Below the pieces are notes generated by a model. That model saw only the letters and a program-made list of their open reading frames with translations. It had not been told where the DNA came from and did no database searches. Position numbers and translations under genes: made by a program. A stretch of DNA of 64,000 bases, taken from an uncultured Bacilli bacterium (lineage in GTDB: Bacteria > Bacillota_I > Bacilli_A > ML615J-28 > CAG-313). The stretch covers positions 194,664-258,663 of the forward strand of contig CALVCV010000001.1 of the NCBI GenBank assembly GCA_944326155.1, read 5' to 3'. How positions within the stretch are numbered: the stretch's first letter is position 1; each line of letters opens with the position of its first letter. This document shows, one piece after another, positions 51,949 through 61,881 of this stretch.

Positions 51949-54231
51949 TTAACCAAATAAGAAATGGCAATTACCTGGAATAATAGTTGATAAGGTTATA
52001 GTTTTAGATACGCCATCTTTTGTGACAGTTACATTGTAACTAACCACTTTATCTTTTAAATCTTGTTTTATAACACGGCCATTATTTTTTACAAATTCTG
52101 CGTCTAAAGATTCAAAAGTAATTTCATAGTCACCAAAGTCTTTTAAAATGCGATATTCAAAAGAAACAAGAGTTAAGAAATTATCCCATAAGCCATTATC
52201 TCGCATTGTTTGTGGACAATTTTTTCCACTAAAATAATGATGAGGTTTTACATCGTCAAGAGTTAAATTATTATCAATTAATAAATGGGCTACTAATTTA
52301 GCAGTTTTTTGCCATGTTAAGTATAAATCAGATCCTTGATTCACCATTGTTTCGATGCCAATACTATTTACATTACCACCTGTATTTGCAACACGTTTGT
52401 AAGTTGAACTCCACCATGTATCACCAATATAATATTTACCATTTTGAACAACAACACGGATGCCAGCATCATTAATCTCTGATGTTGTTGGAATTTCTTC
52501 GTTGTCTTTAAGTGGAGCTTTTACTAATGATTTTTCGCCATCTATTTCAAAATAACCATCTTCAGAAATTGTAACTTCCATTTTTGCGTTTGGTTTTGCA
52601 ACTAAACCAGATTCATTCAAATGATATTCTCTTGAACCATCTCCAGCATGATATGCTCTTTCATTATCAGGAATTTGATGATAAATACCTGTATCACCCG
52701 CTGAATAGTGCCAACTTGTTCCACCACCACCTACTTGTACATATCTTGCATGAGTAAGTGCATCAGCAGTATTAGCACTAGAGGCTGTATCATGTACGCA
52801 AATATAATATTTTTCATGTGTATCGCCAGGTCTATTTTCATCATTTAATGGTGTCATATAATCTTCATTTACAACATGATCTGCAAATAAGTAATTAGAT
52901 ACACTGCCACGTAGACGTAATCCATACACAAATTGATATCCTGTTACTGTAATTTGTTTAGTAATAACTTCATCAGCATTTGCTTCAACTAGAAGTTGTA
53001 ATAATTCATCTAGGCCGTCTAAATCTTCAACTATTGTTATTCCTAATGTAATATTAACATCAGGAAAATCTTCCAAACTTGCCATAATAGTTGTATAGCC
53101 TGTCGAAACCGGTGTAATTATACCATTATTATCAATTGTTAAAATTTCATCATTCATTGTAGTAAATTGAATTTTTGATAAATTTTGTTCTTCACTAAAA
53201 TATTTTTTAACAACACTTATGGTTAAACTATCTTCTAAATCAATGACTGTTGTATCAGCATGTAATTCCATCCTTGTGTATCCAAACATTGGAGTTAATA
53301 TTAAATCTCCAGTTGTTCCTACAGGAATACTTTTCCAAAGTATACTTGTATCCCAAGATGCAACTGCCGTATTTTTATATTCATTAGCTATATCAGGTGT
53401 TGCCCATCCTAAAAATAAATATCCATCTTTAGTTGGAACTGGTAATTCAAGAGGTAATTGTGATTGTTTGTAACTCGTAATATCAGTTTCTGGCAAGATA
53501 ACATTTGCTTTAGAAGCATATTCAATATCAAATGTTTCTTCGCTTATTGTTAAAACTATTTGATCATATTCAGAATTATCAATTGTCTTAAAAGTAATTG
53601 TTACTTGACCTTCTTTTAATGCTTCTATTACACAAATATTTTCTGTTTGACTAACAACTTTTACCATTTTTTCAACATTAAATTCAAGTTGATATAACTT
53701 TCCACTAGTAAAATTTACTTCTATATTTTGTTGTTCACCAACCATCATTTCACTATTAGCAACAATTGCATCAATCTGCATAGATGGCAAAGGATTACCT
53801 TCTGTTTCACCACATCTTGAACATGTCTTTGGTGCTAGATAAGTTGCTTCAACCCAATCGTGACCTAACGCTTCAAGCGTTTCAATTATAATTTCATCAC
53901 AACGATTACAAGTAAACAATTTAGTACCTTCTTCTGTACAAGTTGGTTTATTTGTAATTACGCCTTCATTCCAATCATGACCTAACGCTTCACCATTAGT
54001 TGCTCCACATCTTATACATGTTTTTGATTTATCACATGTTGCATCAACCCAAATATGGCCCAAAGCCTCTCCTTCTGTAGCATTACAAACTGTACAAGTT
54101 TTAGGGGTGGTACAAGATGCTTCTTGCCAATGGTGTCCATTTTTTTCACATGTAGATTTTTTCTTACACGAAGCAAAACTGCATAACAGCACTATCATAA
54201 ATACGAATAAAATAGCTCTTCTAATTTTCAT
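51949..54231 (-). CDS. 760-aa lipoprotein paralog with a C-terminal split Amidase_2 module and an N-terminal Cys-rich GHxW repeat array
   Basis: Lipobox FASC; 4 GHxW repeats of pattern C..KTC..C....GEALGH.W; one Big_2, one Flg_new repeat, a second Big_2; C-terminal ~355 aa clearly paralogous to the giant gene C-terminus (ICVHDTA, SWHYS, AYHAG, NSIGIE, SGKNCPQTM). Confidence 0.85.
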   Translation of the reverse strand: MKIRRAILFVFMIVLLCSFASCKKKSTCEKNGHHWQEASCTTPKTCTVCNATEGEALGHIWVDATCDKSKTCIRCGATNGEALGHDWNEGVITNKPTCTEEGTKLFTCNRCDEIIIETLEALGHDWVEATYLAPKTCSRCGETEGNPLPSMQIDAIVANSEMMVGEQQNIEVNFTSGKLYQLEFNVEKMVKVVSQTENICVIEALKEGQVTITFKTIDNSEYDQIVLTISEETFDIEYASKANVILPETDITSYKQSQLPLELPVPTKDGYLFLGWATPDIANEYKNTAVASWDTSILWKSIPVGTTGDLILTPMFGYTRMELHADTTVIDLEDSLTISVVKKYFSEEQNLSKIQFTTMNDEILTIDNNGIITPVSTGYTTIMASLEDFPDVNITLGITIVEDLDGLDELLQLLVEANADEVITKQITVTGYQFVYGLRLRGSVSNYLFADHVVNEDYMTPLNDENRPGDTHEKYYICVHDTASSANTADALTHARYVQVGGGGTSWHYSAGDTGIYHQIPDNERAYHAGDGSREYHLNESGLVAKPNAKMEVTISEDGYFEIDGEKSLVKAPLKDNEEIPTTSEINDAGIRVVVQNGKYYIGDTWWSSTYKRVANTGGNVNSIGIETMVNQGSDLYLTWQKTAKLVAHLLIDNNLTLDDVKPHHYFSGKNCPQTMRDNGLWDNFLTLVSFEYRILKDFGDYEITFESLDAEFVKNNGRVIKQDLKDKVVSYNVTVTKDGVSKTITLSTIIPGNCHFLFG

Positions 54232-54268
54232 TTTCCTCTCCTTGTATAATTATTTAAAATACAATAAA

Positions 54269-54297
54269 ATTATACTAGTTATAAATCTATTTGTAAA
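54269..54297 (-). promoter_or_regulatory. sigma-A promoter for the 760-aa lipoprotein gene
   Basis: minus-strand TTTACA-17-TATAAT, followed by AGGAGAGG RBS. Confidence 0.5.
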
Positions 54298-54389
54298 TAA
54301 AACCGCTTACATTTTTTTACTTTAAATTCAATTTTTACTTAATTATTTTTTTCATTTTTCAATAAAAGTCATATTTAACTAAAATAGTT

Positions 54390-54447
54390 AAAAAAAAGCA
54401 TTTCTTTTTTAGACAATTTTCTTGCCCAATTAGAAATGCTTTTTTTG
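54390..54447 (-). terminator. putative terminator downstream of dnaJ
   Basis: GCATTTCT ... AGAAATGC 8-bp stem with long loop, then T8 run on minus strand. Confidence 0.45.
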
Positions 54448-54455
54448 ATTTTTAA

Positions 54456-55568
54456 TTAATTTTTTTGTTTAAAGAATTTTTTAATTCTATCAAAAATACT
54501 ATTATTTTTGGTCTCATCTGTATTAGATAGTTCAGCGAAAATTTCCTTTTGCTTTGTAGATAAATTAGTAGGTGTAATAACATTTACCGTTACAATTTGA
54601 TCACCTTTACGGCCATTAATTTTATTATCTATTCCTTTACCTGCTAATTTCAATTTTGTACCGCACTGTATTCCTGCAGGTATTTTTAAATTAACCAATC
54701 CATACAAAGTTTTTATTTCAATAGTTGCACCAAGTGCTGCTTGACTAAATGTTATCGGCAAATCAAGTAAGATATTATTTCCATCTCTTTCAAAAATCTC
54801 ATGTTTTTTAACATTAACATGGATTAATAAATCACCAGCTGAGCCGCCATTCACTCCTGCTTCACCTTCACCAGAAAGTCTGATTGTTTGATCATCAGCT
54901 ATACCTCCAGGAATTTTGACATTAAGAACTTTTGTCTTTCTTACACGACCGCTACCACCGCATTCAGAACAAACCTTTTTAATTTTTTTACCAGTACCAC
55001 CGCATTCTGGGCAAGTCGTTTCACTTCTCATCACACCAAGAATAGTACGTTGTTGGGTAACCACCGTACCACGACCATTACATCTTGAACAAGTGGAAAT
55101 ATCATTTTTTGATTCAGCACCTAAACCTGCACACTTTGAACAAGTATCCAATTTTGTGACATTTATTTTTTTATCCACACCAAAAGCAGCTTCTTCAAAA
55201 GTTAAAGTAACTTCAGCTTGTAAATCGCTACCCCTCCTTGCAGAAGAACGAGATCTACTGCTCGTTCCGCCGAAGCCTCCAAATATGTTGCTAAAAATAT
55301 CTTCAAAACCGAAACCTGCTTCTGATTGACCACTACTAAAGCCAGCCATATCTTCTGTACCAAATCTATCATAATTTGCTCTTTTCTCGGGGTCACTTAA
55401 ACAGTCATATGCCACTTGAATTTCAGCAAACTTCTCAGTAGCATTAGGTTCTTTTGATACATCTGGATGATATTTTTTTGCTAACGTACGATATGCTTTT
55501 TTTATTTCTTCTTGAGAGGCATCTTTTGATACCCCTAAGACTTCATAATAATCTCTTTTAGTTGCCAT
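54456..55568 (-). CDS. dnaJ: molecular chaperone DnaJ
   Basis: J-domain KKYHPD, G/F-rich linker, four CxxCxGxG zinc-finger repeats. Confidence 0.95.
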   Translation of the reverse strand: MATKRDYYEVLGVSKDASQEEIKKAYRTLAKKYHPDVSKEPNATEKFAEIQVAYDCLSDPEKRANYDRFGTEDMAGFSSGQSEAGFGFEDIFSNIFGGFGGTSSRSRSSARRGSDLQAEVTLTFEEAAFGVDKKINVTKLDTCSKCAGLGAESKNDISTCSRCNGRGTVVTQQRTILGVMRSETTCPECGGTGKKIKKVCSECGGSGRVRKTKVLNVKIPGGIADDQTIRLSGEGEAGVNGGSAGDLLIHVNVKKHEIFERDGNNILLDLPITFSQAALGATIEIKTLYGLVNLKIPAGIQCGTKLKLAGKGIDNKINGRKGDQIVTVNVITPTNLSTKQKEIFAELSNTDETKNNSIFDRIKKFFKQKN

Positions 55569-55611
55569 AGCAGGCTCCTTTCTTAATCATCTAACAATTT
55601 ATCAAAATTAT

Positions 55612-57441
55612 TTATTTATTAGTTTCTTCATAAGTTGCATCAACAGTACCATCACTATTTTGATGATTTCCATTATCTTGATTATTTGTTGTTTGTTCTT
55701 GTGCTTTTTGATAAGCCTTCATTGCAACACTTTGTGCGGCTTTTTCAAGAGCTTCTTTCTTAGCTTTGATGTCATCTAAGTTATTCTTGCTTAAAGCATC
55801 TTGTAATTCTTTAATTGCCGTTTCAATATTTGTTTTTTCTTCTTCAGTTACTTCTGTACCTAAATCTTCGACTGATTTCTTTGCAGCAAAAATGATTTGT
55901 TCACATTCGTTACGTAAATCAGCTTCTTCTTTTTTAGCTTTGTCACTTGCTGCATTAGCTTCAGCTTCTTTTACCATACGATCAATTTCGTCTTCACTTA
56001 ATCCAGAACCACCAGTAATGGTAATTGTTTGAACCTTACCAGTACCAAGATCTTTAGCGCTTACATGAACAATTCCATTAGCATCAATATCAAACTTAAC
56101 TTCAATTTGAGGAACACCTCTTGGAGCTAGTGGAATACCACTTAATTGAAAACGCCCAAGTGTCTTATTGTCAGCAGCCATTGCTCGTTCGCCTTGTAAT
56201 ACATGGATATCAACAGCTGGTTGATTATCAGCAGCAGTTGAGAAGATTTGCGATTTGGATGTAGGAATAGTTGTATTACGTGGAATTAAAACTGTAGATA
56301 CGCCACCTAATGTCTCAATACCTAGTGAAAGTGGAGTAACATCTAATAATAATACATCTTTAACATCACCTGCGAGAACGCCACCTTGAATAGCAGCACC
56401 CATAGCAACAACTTCATCTGGATTGATACTACGATTTGGTTCCTTACCTAATTCTTTTCTAACAAGATCTTGTACACAAGGAATACGTGTAGAACCACCT
56501 ACTAATAATACTTGGTCAATATCTGATGTTGTTAATCCAGCATCCTTTAAGGCCTGACGAACAGACTTTGTTGTAGAATCTACTAAATCACGAATTAATT
56601 CTTCAAATTTAGATCTTGTAAGCGTCATATCAAAGTGAACTGGATTACCTTCAGAATCCATTGCAATAAATGGAATATTAATATCAGTAGTTGTAATACC
56701 ACTTAAATCTTTCTTAGCTTTTTCAGCTTCAAGTTTTAATCTAAACATTGCGCTCTTATTGGTAGTTAAATCTATACCGTTTGTGCGTTTAAATTCTTTA
56801 ACCATATAATCAACAACACGATTATCAAAGTCATCTCCACCAAGACGATTATTACCGGCTGTTGCTAAAACTTCATATGTACCATCAGCTAATTCTAAGA
56901 CAGATACATCAAAAGTACCTCCACCAAGGTCATAAACTAAAATTTTTTGTTCTTTTGTATTATCTTTATCAATACCATAAGCAAGAGCAGCTGCTGTAGG
57001 TTCGTTGATAATACGCTTTACTTCAAGTCCAGCAATTTTACCAGCATCTTTAGTTGCTTGTCTTTCTGCATCATTAAAATATGCAGGGACAGTAATAACA
57101 GCTTCTGTAACTTTTTCACCTAAATATGCTTCAGCAGTAGCTTTCAAATTTTGAAGAATCATTGCTGAAATTTCTTGTGGTGTATAATCTTTATTAGTTG
57201 ATTTAATATGTACTTTATAATCAGTACCCATATGTCTTTTAATTGAAAACACAGTATCTAAATTTGTAGCCGCTTGACGTCTTGCACTTTCGCCAACGGC
57301 AATATCACCATTTTTAAATGCAACCACAGATGGAGTTGTTCTCATACCTTCAGCATTTACAATTACCTTAGATTCTCCTCCTTCCATAACAGCAACACAT
57401 GAATTTGTTGTACCAAGATCAATACCTATAATTTTACTCAT
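55612..57441 (-). CDS. dnaK: molecular chaperone DnaK (Hsp70)
   Basis: [33 protein letters not shown] signatures. Confidence 0.97.
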   Translation of the reverse strand: MSKIIGIDLGTTNSCVAVMEGGESKVIVNAEGMRTTPSVVAFKNGDIAVGESARRQAATNLDTVFSIKRHMGTDYKVHIKSTNKDYTPQEISAMILQNLKATAEAYLGEKVTEAVITVPAYFNDAERQATKDAGKIAGLEVKRIINEPTAAALAYGIDKDNTKEQKILVYDLGGGTFDVSVLELADGTYEVLATAGNNRLGGDDFDNRVVDYMVKEFKRTNGIDLTTNKSAMFRLKLEAEKAKKDLSGITTTDINIPFIAMDSEGNPVHFDMTLTRSKFEELIRDLVDSTTKSVRQALKDAGLTTSDIDQVLLVGGSTRIPCVQDLVRKELGKEPNRSINPDEVVAMGAAIQGGVLAGDVKDVLLLDVTPLSLGIETLGGVSTVLIPRNTTIPTSKSQIFSTAADNQPAVDIHVLQGERAMAADNKTLGRFQLSGIPLAPRGVPQIEVKFDIDANGIVHVSAKDLGTGKVQTITITGGSGLSEDEIDRMVKEAEANAASDKAKKEEADLRNECEQIIFAAKKSVEDLGTEVTEEEKTNIETAIKELQDALSKNNLDDIKAKKEALEKAAQSVAMKAYQKAQEQTTNNQDNGNHQNSDGTVDATYEETNK

Positions 57442-57457
57442 ATTTTTTACCTCCTAA

Positions 57458-58108
57458 TTATTTACTTACTTTGACCATACTAGGTCTCAATACGCGATCT
57501 TTATACATGTAGCCATCCATAACTACCTCAATTACAATATTGGATTCAACGCCTTCTTTTTCAACAGTTTCTAATGCTTGTTGACAAGACGGATTAAATT
57601 CTTTATTTAAACATTCAATTTTTTTAACACCATAATTTTCTAAAGTTTGTTTTAGTCTTGTATTTACCATCACAAACCCACTCAAATACTTCTTTAATTT
57701 TTCATCTTCTGTTTTGATGTTTACTGCTTTATCAAAAACATCAATCACATCAATTATTTCACTAAAAAAATCTTGCATGGCATATTTTCTTTCTTTGATT
57801 CTTTCTTCTGAAGTTCTTCGTTTAAAGTTTTCTAAGTCAGCTCGATTTCTCAATAGTTGATCTTTAGTTTGATTTAACTCATCAGTTAGTTTAAAAATTT
57901 CTTCTTCTAAATGTTTAACTTTCTTTTTTAATTTTTTATTTAATTTTTCATCATTTTTGAGCTCTTCTTCAGTTTTATTTAACTTTTCTTCAAGATTTTC
58001 TGCTAAATTTTCTTGATTTTCAATAGTTTCTTTTTTTTCAACTTTTGAAGCAGATTCTTCTAATTCTTTTTCTTCTTCTCGATAACGATTATTTTCCATA
58101 TTTTTCAC
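57458..58108 (-). CDS. grpE: nucleotide exchange factor GrpE
   Basis: coiled-coil N-terminus, RADLENFKRR motif. Confidence 0.9.
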   Translation of the reverse strand: MKNMENNRYREEEKELEESASKVEKKETIENQENLAENLEEKLNKTEEELKNDEKLNKKLKKKVKHLEEEIFKLTDELNQTKDQLLRNRADLENFKRRTSEERIKERKYAMQDFFSEIIDVIDVFDKAVNIKTEDEKLKKYLSGFVMVNTRLKQTLENYGVKKIECLNKEFNPSCQQALETVEKEGVESNIVIEVVMDGYMYKDRVLRPSMVKVSK

Positions 58109-59119
58109 CTATACAATTTTCTTCATATTTTTGGCAATATATTCAAGTAAAGGAATTACTTTATCATATTCCATTCTAGTTGGACCAAATACTGTAATTG
58201 CACCAACACTACCACTATTTGTTTCATAAGGAACTGTAATAACTGTGCAATCTTGCATTATCTTTAATTCATTTTCTTGACCAATTTTAATGTTAATGCC
58301 CATACTATCTGATTTGACAATCCTTAAGATATCTTTTTTTTCAATTGCATCTAAGAACGCCCGAGCCTTTGTTACATTTTGAAATTCAGGTTGCGACAAA
58401 ATATTATATTTACCACTAATATGATATTTATCTGAAACCATTTCTGTAAAAGCATTGACAAATGCATCAACTAAATCACTATGATAATGTATATAATCAC
58501 GAATTTCATCGTTTGTAATATCATCAAGTAGTTGATTTTGAATGTCACTTAAAAGACAATTATGTAAAACTTCATCTAAAATAGTAATTGTTTTTTCAAT
58601 TTCTCTAATACTAATTCCTGCCGGTACTATGATACGTTTACTTTCAACGTGGCCCTGATCAGTAATCATTAGGATGACTGCATAGTTTTCTTTTAATGAA
58701 ACAAATTCAAGTTTTTTAATTCTTGAATTATATGCGGTTTTCCCAAGTGCAATGGTTGCATAATTTGTAATTTCCGTTATAATTTCCATTGATTCACTAA
58801 TTGCTTCTTCTCGAGTAATATTTGGCCGATCAAATATTTCATCAATCATTGGAAAATTGGCGGTTTCCTCACTAGTTTTTTTCATAATTGTTTCTACATA
58901 GAATCGATAGCCTTTAACTGATGGAACACGGCCACTAGAAGTATGCGTTTTTTCTAGAAAGCCCATTTCCTCAAGTTGTGCCATATCATTACGTAACGTC
59001 GCAGATGAAAAGTTTAGTTCAGGCCTTTTAACTAACGCAAAAGATCCAACAGGTTCATTGGTTTTTACATATTCTTCAATTATTGCAATTAATACCAATT
59101 TTTGTCTTTCGCTTAACAC
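58109..59119 (-). CDS. hrcA: heat-inducible transcription repressor HrcA
   Basis: 336 aa, N-terminal winged helix LSERQKLVLIAIIEEY...GSFALV; first gene of hrcA-grpE-dnaK-dnaJ. Confidence 0.9.
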   Translation of the reverse strand: MLSERQKLVLIAIIEEYVKTNEPVGSFALVKRPELNFSSATLRNDMAQLEEMGFLEKTHTSSGRVPSVKGYRFYVETIMKKTSEETANFPMIDEIFDRPNITREEAISESMEIITEITNYATIALGKTAYNSRIKKLEFVSLKENYAVILMITDQGHVESKRIIVPAGISIREIEKTITILDEVLHNCLLSDIQNQLLDDITNDEIRDYIHYHSDLVDAFVNAFTEMVSDKYHISGKYNILSQPEFQNVTKARAFLDAIEKKDILRIVKSDSMGINIKIGQENELKIMQDCTVITVPYETNSGSVGAITVFGPTRMEYDKVIPLLEYIAKNMKKIV

Positions 59120-59132
59120 AATATTTGCCTCC

Positions 59133-59159
59133 TTAGCACTCTAAATTGTTTGCTGCTAA
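59133..59159. promoter_or_regulatory. CIRCE-like operator 1 (overlaps TSS/5' UTR of hrcA)
   Basis: TTAGCACTC-N9-tgcTGCTAA (consensus TTAGCACTC-N9-GAGTGCTAA; left half perfect). Confidence 0.55.
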
Positions 59160-59160
59160 T

Positions 59161-59189
59161 ATTATACCATCTTTTTTTAGCACTGTCAA
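59161..59189 (-). promoter_or_regulatory. consensus sigma-A promoter of the hrcA-dnaK operon
   Basis: minus-strand TTGACA-17-TATAAT (plus-strand tgtcaa 59184..59189, attata 59161..59166). Confidence 0.6.
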
Positions 59190-59203
59190 CAGTTTAGTGC
59201 TAT
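59177..59203. promoter_or_regulatory. CIRCE-like operator 2 (overlaps the -35 element)
   Basis: TTAGCACTg-N9-tAGTGCTAt, good inverted repeat TAGCACT/AGTGCTA. Confidence 0.55.
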
Positions 59204-59228
59204 TTTTTTATTTTTTTCATAAACTAGA

Positions 59229-59256
59229 AAAAGCATCCCGTAAACGGGATGCTTTA
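59229..59256 (-). terminator. rho-independent terminator of MBL-fold hydrolase gene
   Basis: AGCATCCCGtaaaCGGGATGCT followed by T-run on minus strand. Confidence 0.6.
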
Positions 59257-59259
59257 AAA

Positions 59260-59880
59260 TCATTTTTTTAAATAATAATTATTTTTTATTTCATAATCTA
59301 AAGTCGTAAATTCATTATGACCAGGGTAAATAAAATAATTTTGTTTTAAATTTTTAATATTCTTTAAAGACTCTATTTGTGCGATGATATTACCAGTTGC
59401 AAGATCTGTTCTTCCAACTGAACCTTTAAACAAAGTATCACCTGAAAAAAGCAAATTATCAATTATATAACAAACTGAATCATCCGTATGTCCTGGTGTA
59501 AATAAAATTTGAACATAAAAATTAGCAAATTGTAATTTTTCATTATCTTTTAGAAAAACAAATTTATTATCTTCAATATAAGGAAGTTTATCACATCCAA
59601 AATATTTTGCATAACTTGTATCCAAATCAAAAATTTTATCTTTAGCTTTTTTATGTAAATAACATTTTACATCATAGGTTTTGAGGACATCTTCTAACTC
59701 TTTAAAGTGATCATAATGACCATGTGTAAGAAAAACTGCACATAATATCTTATTTTCTAAAAATTGTTTTAATGTTTTAACATTATTTGCAGGATCAATA
59801 ACAATTGCATATTGATCTTGAGTTATCAAATAAGTATTACAATTTTCTTGACTATCGCAAAATACTTCAACGGATAACAT
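59260..59880 (-). CDS. MBL-fold metallo-hydrolase
   Basis: THGHYDH metal-binding motif, 206 aa. Confidence 0.8.
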   Translation of the reverse strand: MLSVEVFCDSQENCNTYLITQDQYAIVIDPANNVKTLKQFLENKILCAVFLTHGHYDHFKELEDVLKTYDVKCYLHKKAKDKIFDLDTSYAKYFGCDKLPYIEDNKFVFLKDNEKLQFANFYVQILFTPGHTDDSVCYIIDNLLFSGDTLFKGSVGRTDLATGNIIAQIESLKNIKNLKQNYFIYPGHNEFTTLDYEIKNNYYLKK

Positions 59881-61229
59881 TATTTTTTAAGTTCAGGAAG
59901 ACTCGCAGCAGCAATTGATTGGCCTACACGACGAGTCCATTCATCTGGCATCATAATTGTTATATCTTTATATTCAGGGAATTCGTCTTTTAATACTTCA
60001 TTGGCTTTAGCAATAATGATATCGCCACCTTCACCACTTGTTACACGACCAAGTAATAGTAAATATTTAATATCATAGAATTCAGCATAGTATGCGATAC
60101 TATAACCTAAATAAATACCAATATTTTCATAAATTTCTCTTGCACGTGGATCATTTTCTTTCATTAAGCCTTGAACAACTTTTAATTTTTCAGCAGGAGA
60201 TGCATTTTCGTCTAATTTTATTCCTGCAAAACCAGCTAATTTAATAACACTATCTTGACTAAAGTATTTAACGCCACAACCATAATCACCGCTCCATTCA
60301 TCAATCATTGCGTCTTTATTATAGTCTACTGGTACAAAAGCAAGTTCACTTAACCAACCATTGAGATTACCATCTTTATTAACATAACCTACAGCCTCAC
60401 TTGTACCCATAGCAATACCTAAAACACGGCCATCCTTTAGACTTAATGCTCCTGCTAATGCTGTAACGTCACCATCATTAGCAACGGTTAATGGTATGTC
60501 ACCAATTTCTTTAGCTGCACGAATATACATATCTCTAACTTTCTTTTCAAATAAATCTTGAGGTACTTTAAGAAATAAAGATGCTACACGAACTTCATTA
60601 TCAATATATATACCAGCGCTTGAAACACCAATTGCGTCTACTCTTGGCATTTTAGCAGCCGCACGTTTAAAACTATCTAAAATTCCTGCATAATGGTATT
60701 CAGGATCTTCATTAATTTTAGGAAACCAAACAACTTCTTCAGAATGAATAACTTCACCATTTACAACAGCACTTACTTTTCTATCCGAGCCGCCTGCATC
60801 AAAACCTATTCGGCATCCTTCAAGATGGCCACCTGCTGGAAGTGATGCTTCAATAGTAGTTGGCACTTCTGCTAATAAGCAAGCAATTACTTCAAATGGT
60901 TTGTCATAAACTCTTGACATAAAATCAACATCGAATCTTCTAGTTCCTTCTAAAGAGAAAACTTCTTGCATTTTTTTTGTAATAAAATCATTACCACCTA
61001 AGTAAATTTTAAATCCACCTACAACCCAAAGGATACTTTTAATTACTCTTTCAACCATTTCATAGTTTTCAACGTTATCCCCACGGAATACCTTCATATC
61101 GTAACGATAGCGATAACCATTTTGTCTTTCAACACAAATGGCAAAAGGTTCTGTTGCTTGTGCATTAAATTTTCTTAGTTCAAGAATCATTGGTTTAAAA
61201 GATTTTTCAAGACTTGGTACATATTTCAT
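59880..61229 (-). CDS. ASKHA-superfamily sugar-kinase-like protein (ROK/BadF-like core) with ~130-aa N-terminal extension
   Basis: GFDAGGSDRKV phosphate-1-like motif, VANDGDVTALAGA and GIAMGTSEAVGY ROK-like blocks; N-terminal domain unassigned. Confidence 0.45.
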   Translation of the reverse strand: MKYVPSLEKSFKPMILELRKFNAQATEPFAICVERQNGYRYRYDMKVFRGDNVENYEMVERVIKSILWVVGGFKIYLGGNDFITKKMQEVFSLEGTRRFDVDFMSRVYDKPFEVIACLLAEVPTTIEASLPAGGHLEGCRIGFDAGGSDRKVSAVVNGEVIHSEEVVWFPKINEDPEYHYAGILDSFKRAAAKMPRVDAIGVSSAGIYIDNEVRVASLFLKVPQDLFEKKVRDMYIRAAKEIGDIPLTVANDGDVTALAGALSLKDGRVLGIAMGTSEAVGYVNKDGNLNGWLSELAFVPVDYNKDAMIDEWSGDYGCGVKYFSQDSVIKLAGFAGIKLDENASPAEKLKVVQGLMKENDPRAREIYENIGIYLGYSIAYYAEFYDIKYLLLLGRVTSGEGGDIIIAKANEVLKDEFPEYKDITIMMPDEWTRRVGQSIAAASLPELKK

Positions 61230-61249
61230 AATTCTAACCTCTTTCCTTT

Positions 61250-61501
61250 TTATGTATCTTCTTTTATTTTTTGTCTATTTTCAACGATTACAACGTCACT
61301 ACCAATTTTTATGATGTTATCCCAAGGTATTTGAATGACATCTTTGTTAGAAAATAAGTGTAGTAATTTAAAATTACGATATACATGTACACTTACAATT
61401 TTGCCTGTAGCGACATCAATTTCCGCATCGACAATTTTACCTAAACGAGAACCATCTTCATCATTAATAATATCTTTTGTTGATATTTCTGATAACTTCA
61501 T
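61250..61501 (-). CDS. YlmC/YmxH family PRC-barrel sporulation protein
   Basis: MKLSEISTKDIINDEDGSRLGKIVDAEID...; ~83 aa from internal Met preferred. Confidence 0.7.
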   Translation of the reverse strand: MKLSEISTKDIINDEDGSRLGKIVDAEIDVATGKIVSVHVYRNFKLLHLFSNKDVIQIPWDNIIKIGSDVVIVENRQKIKEDT

Positions 61502-61554
61502 TTTTTCACCACTTTCAACATAATTATATGCACAAAGTGGCAAAATTAGTCAAT

Positions 61555-61881
61555 TTATTCTACTACTTTAATAGGACAATCTCCATACATGCCATCTAAA
61601 TTGTAGCGATATCTTTCTTCACCCACAAAAAGATGAACAACAATTTCATCTAAATCGATTAAAAACCAATTTGTCTCATTAGATGATGAGAAACTACGAA
61701 CATGATATCCAAGGTTTTCGGCTTCCTTTTTTAAATAATTGATAGCAGCCATACCTTGTCGTGCTGTATTTACACTACATATAATACTATAATCATAAAA
61801 TGGTGTCAATTTTTTCATATCATAAACTCTTATATTTTTAACAACCGCTTTATTTAAAATTTTTATCACTCTATTATACAT
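61555..61881 (-). CDS. rsfS: ribosome silencing factor RsfS (Iojap)
   Basis: 108 aa; YDMKKLTPFYDYSIICSV...WFLIDLDEIVVHLF. Confidence 0.85.
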   Translation of the reverse strand: MYNRVIKILNKAVVKNIRVYDMKKLTPFYDYSIICSVNTARQGMAAINYLKKEAENLGYHVRSFSSSNETNWFLIDLDEIVVHLFVGEERYRYNLDGMYGDCPIKVVE

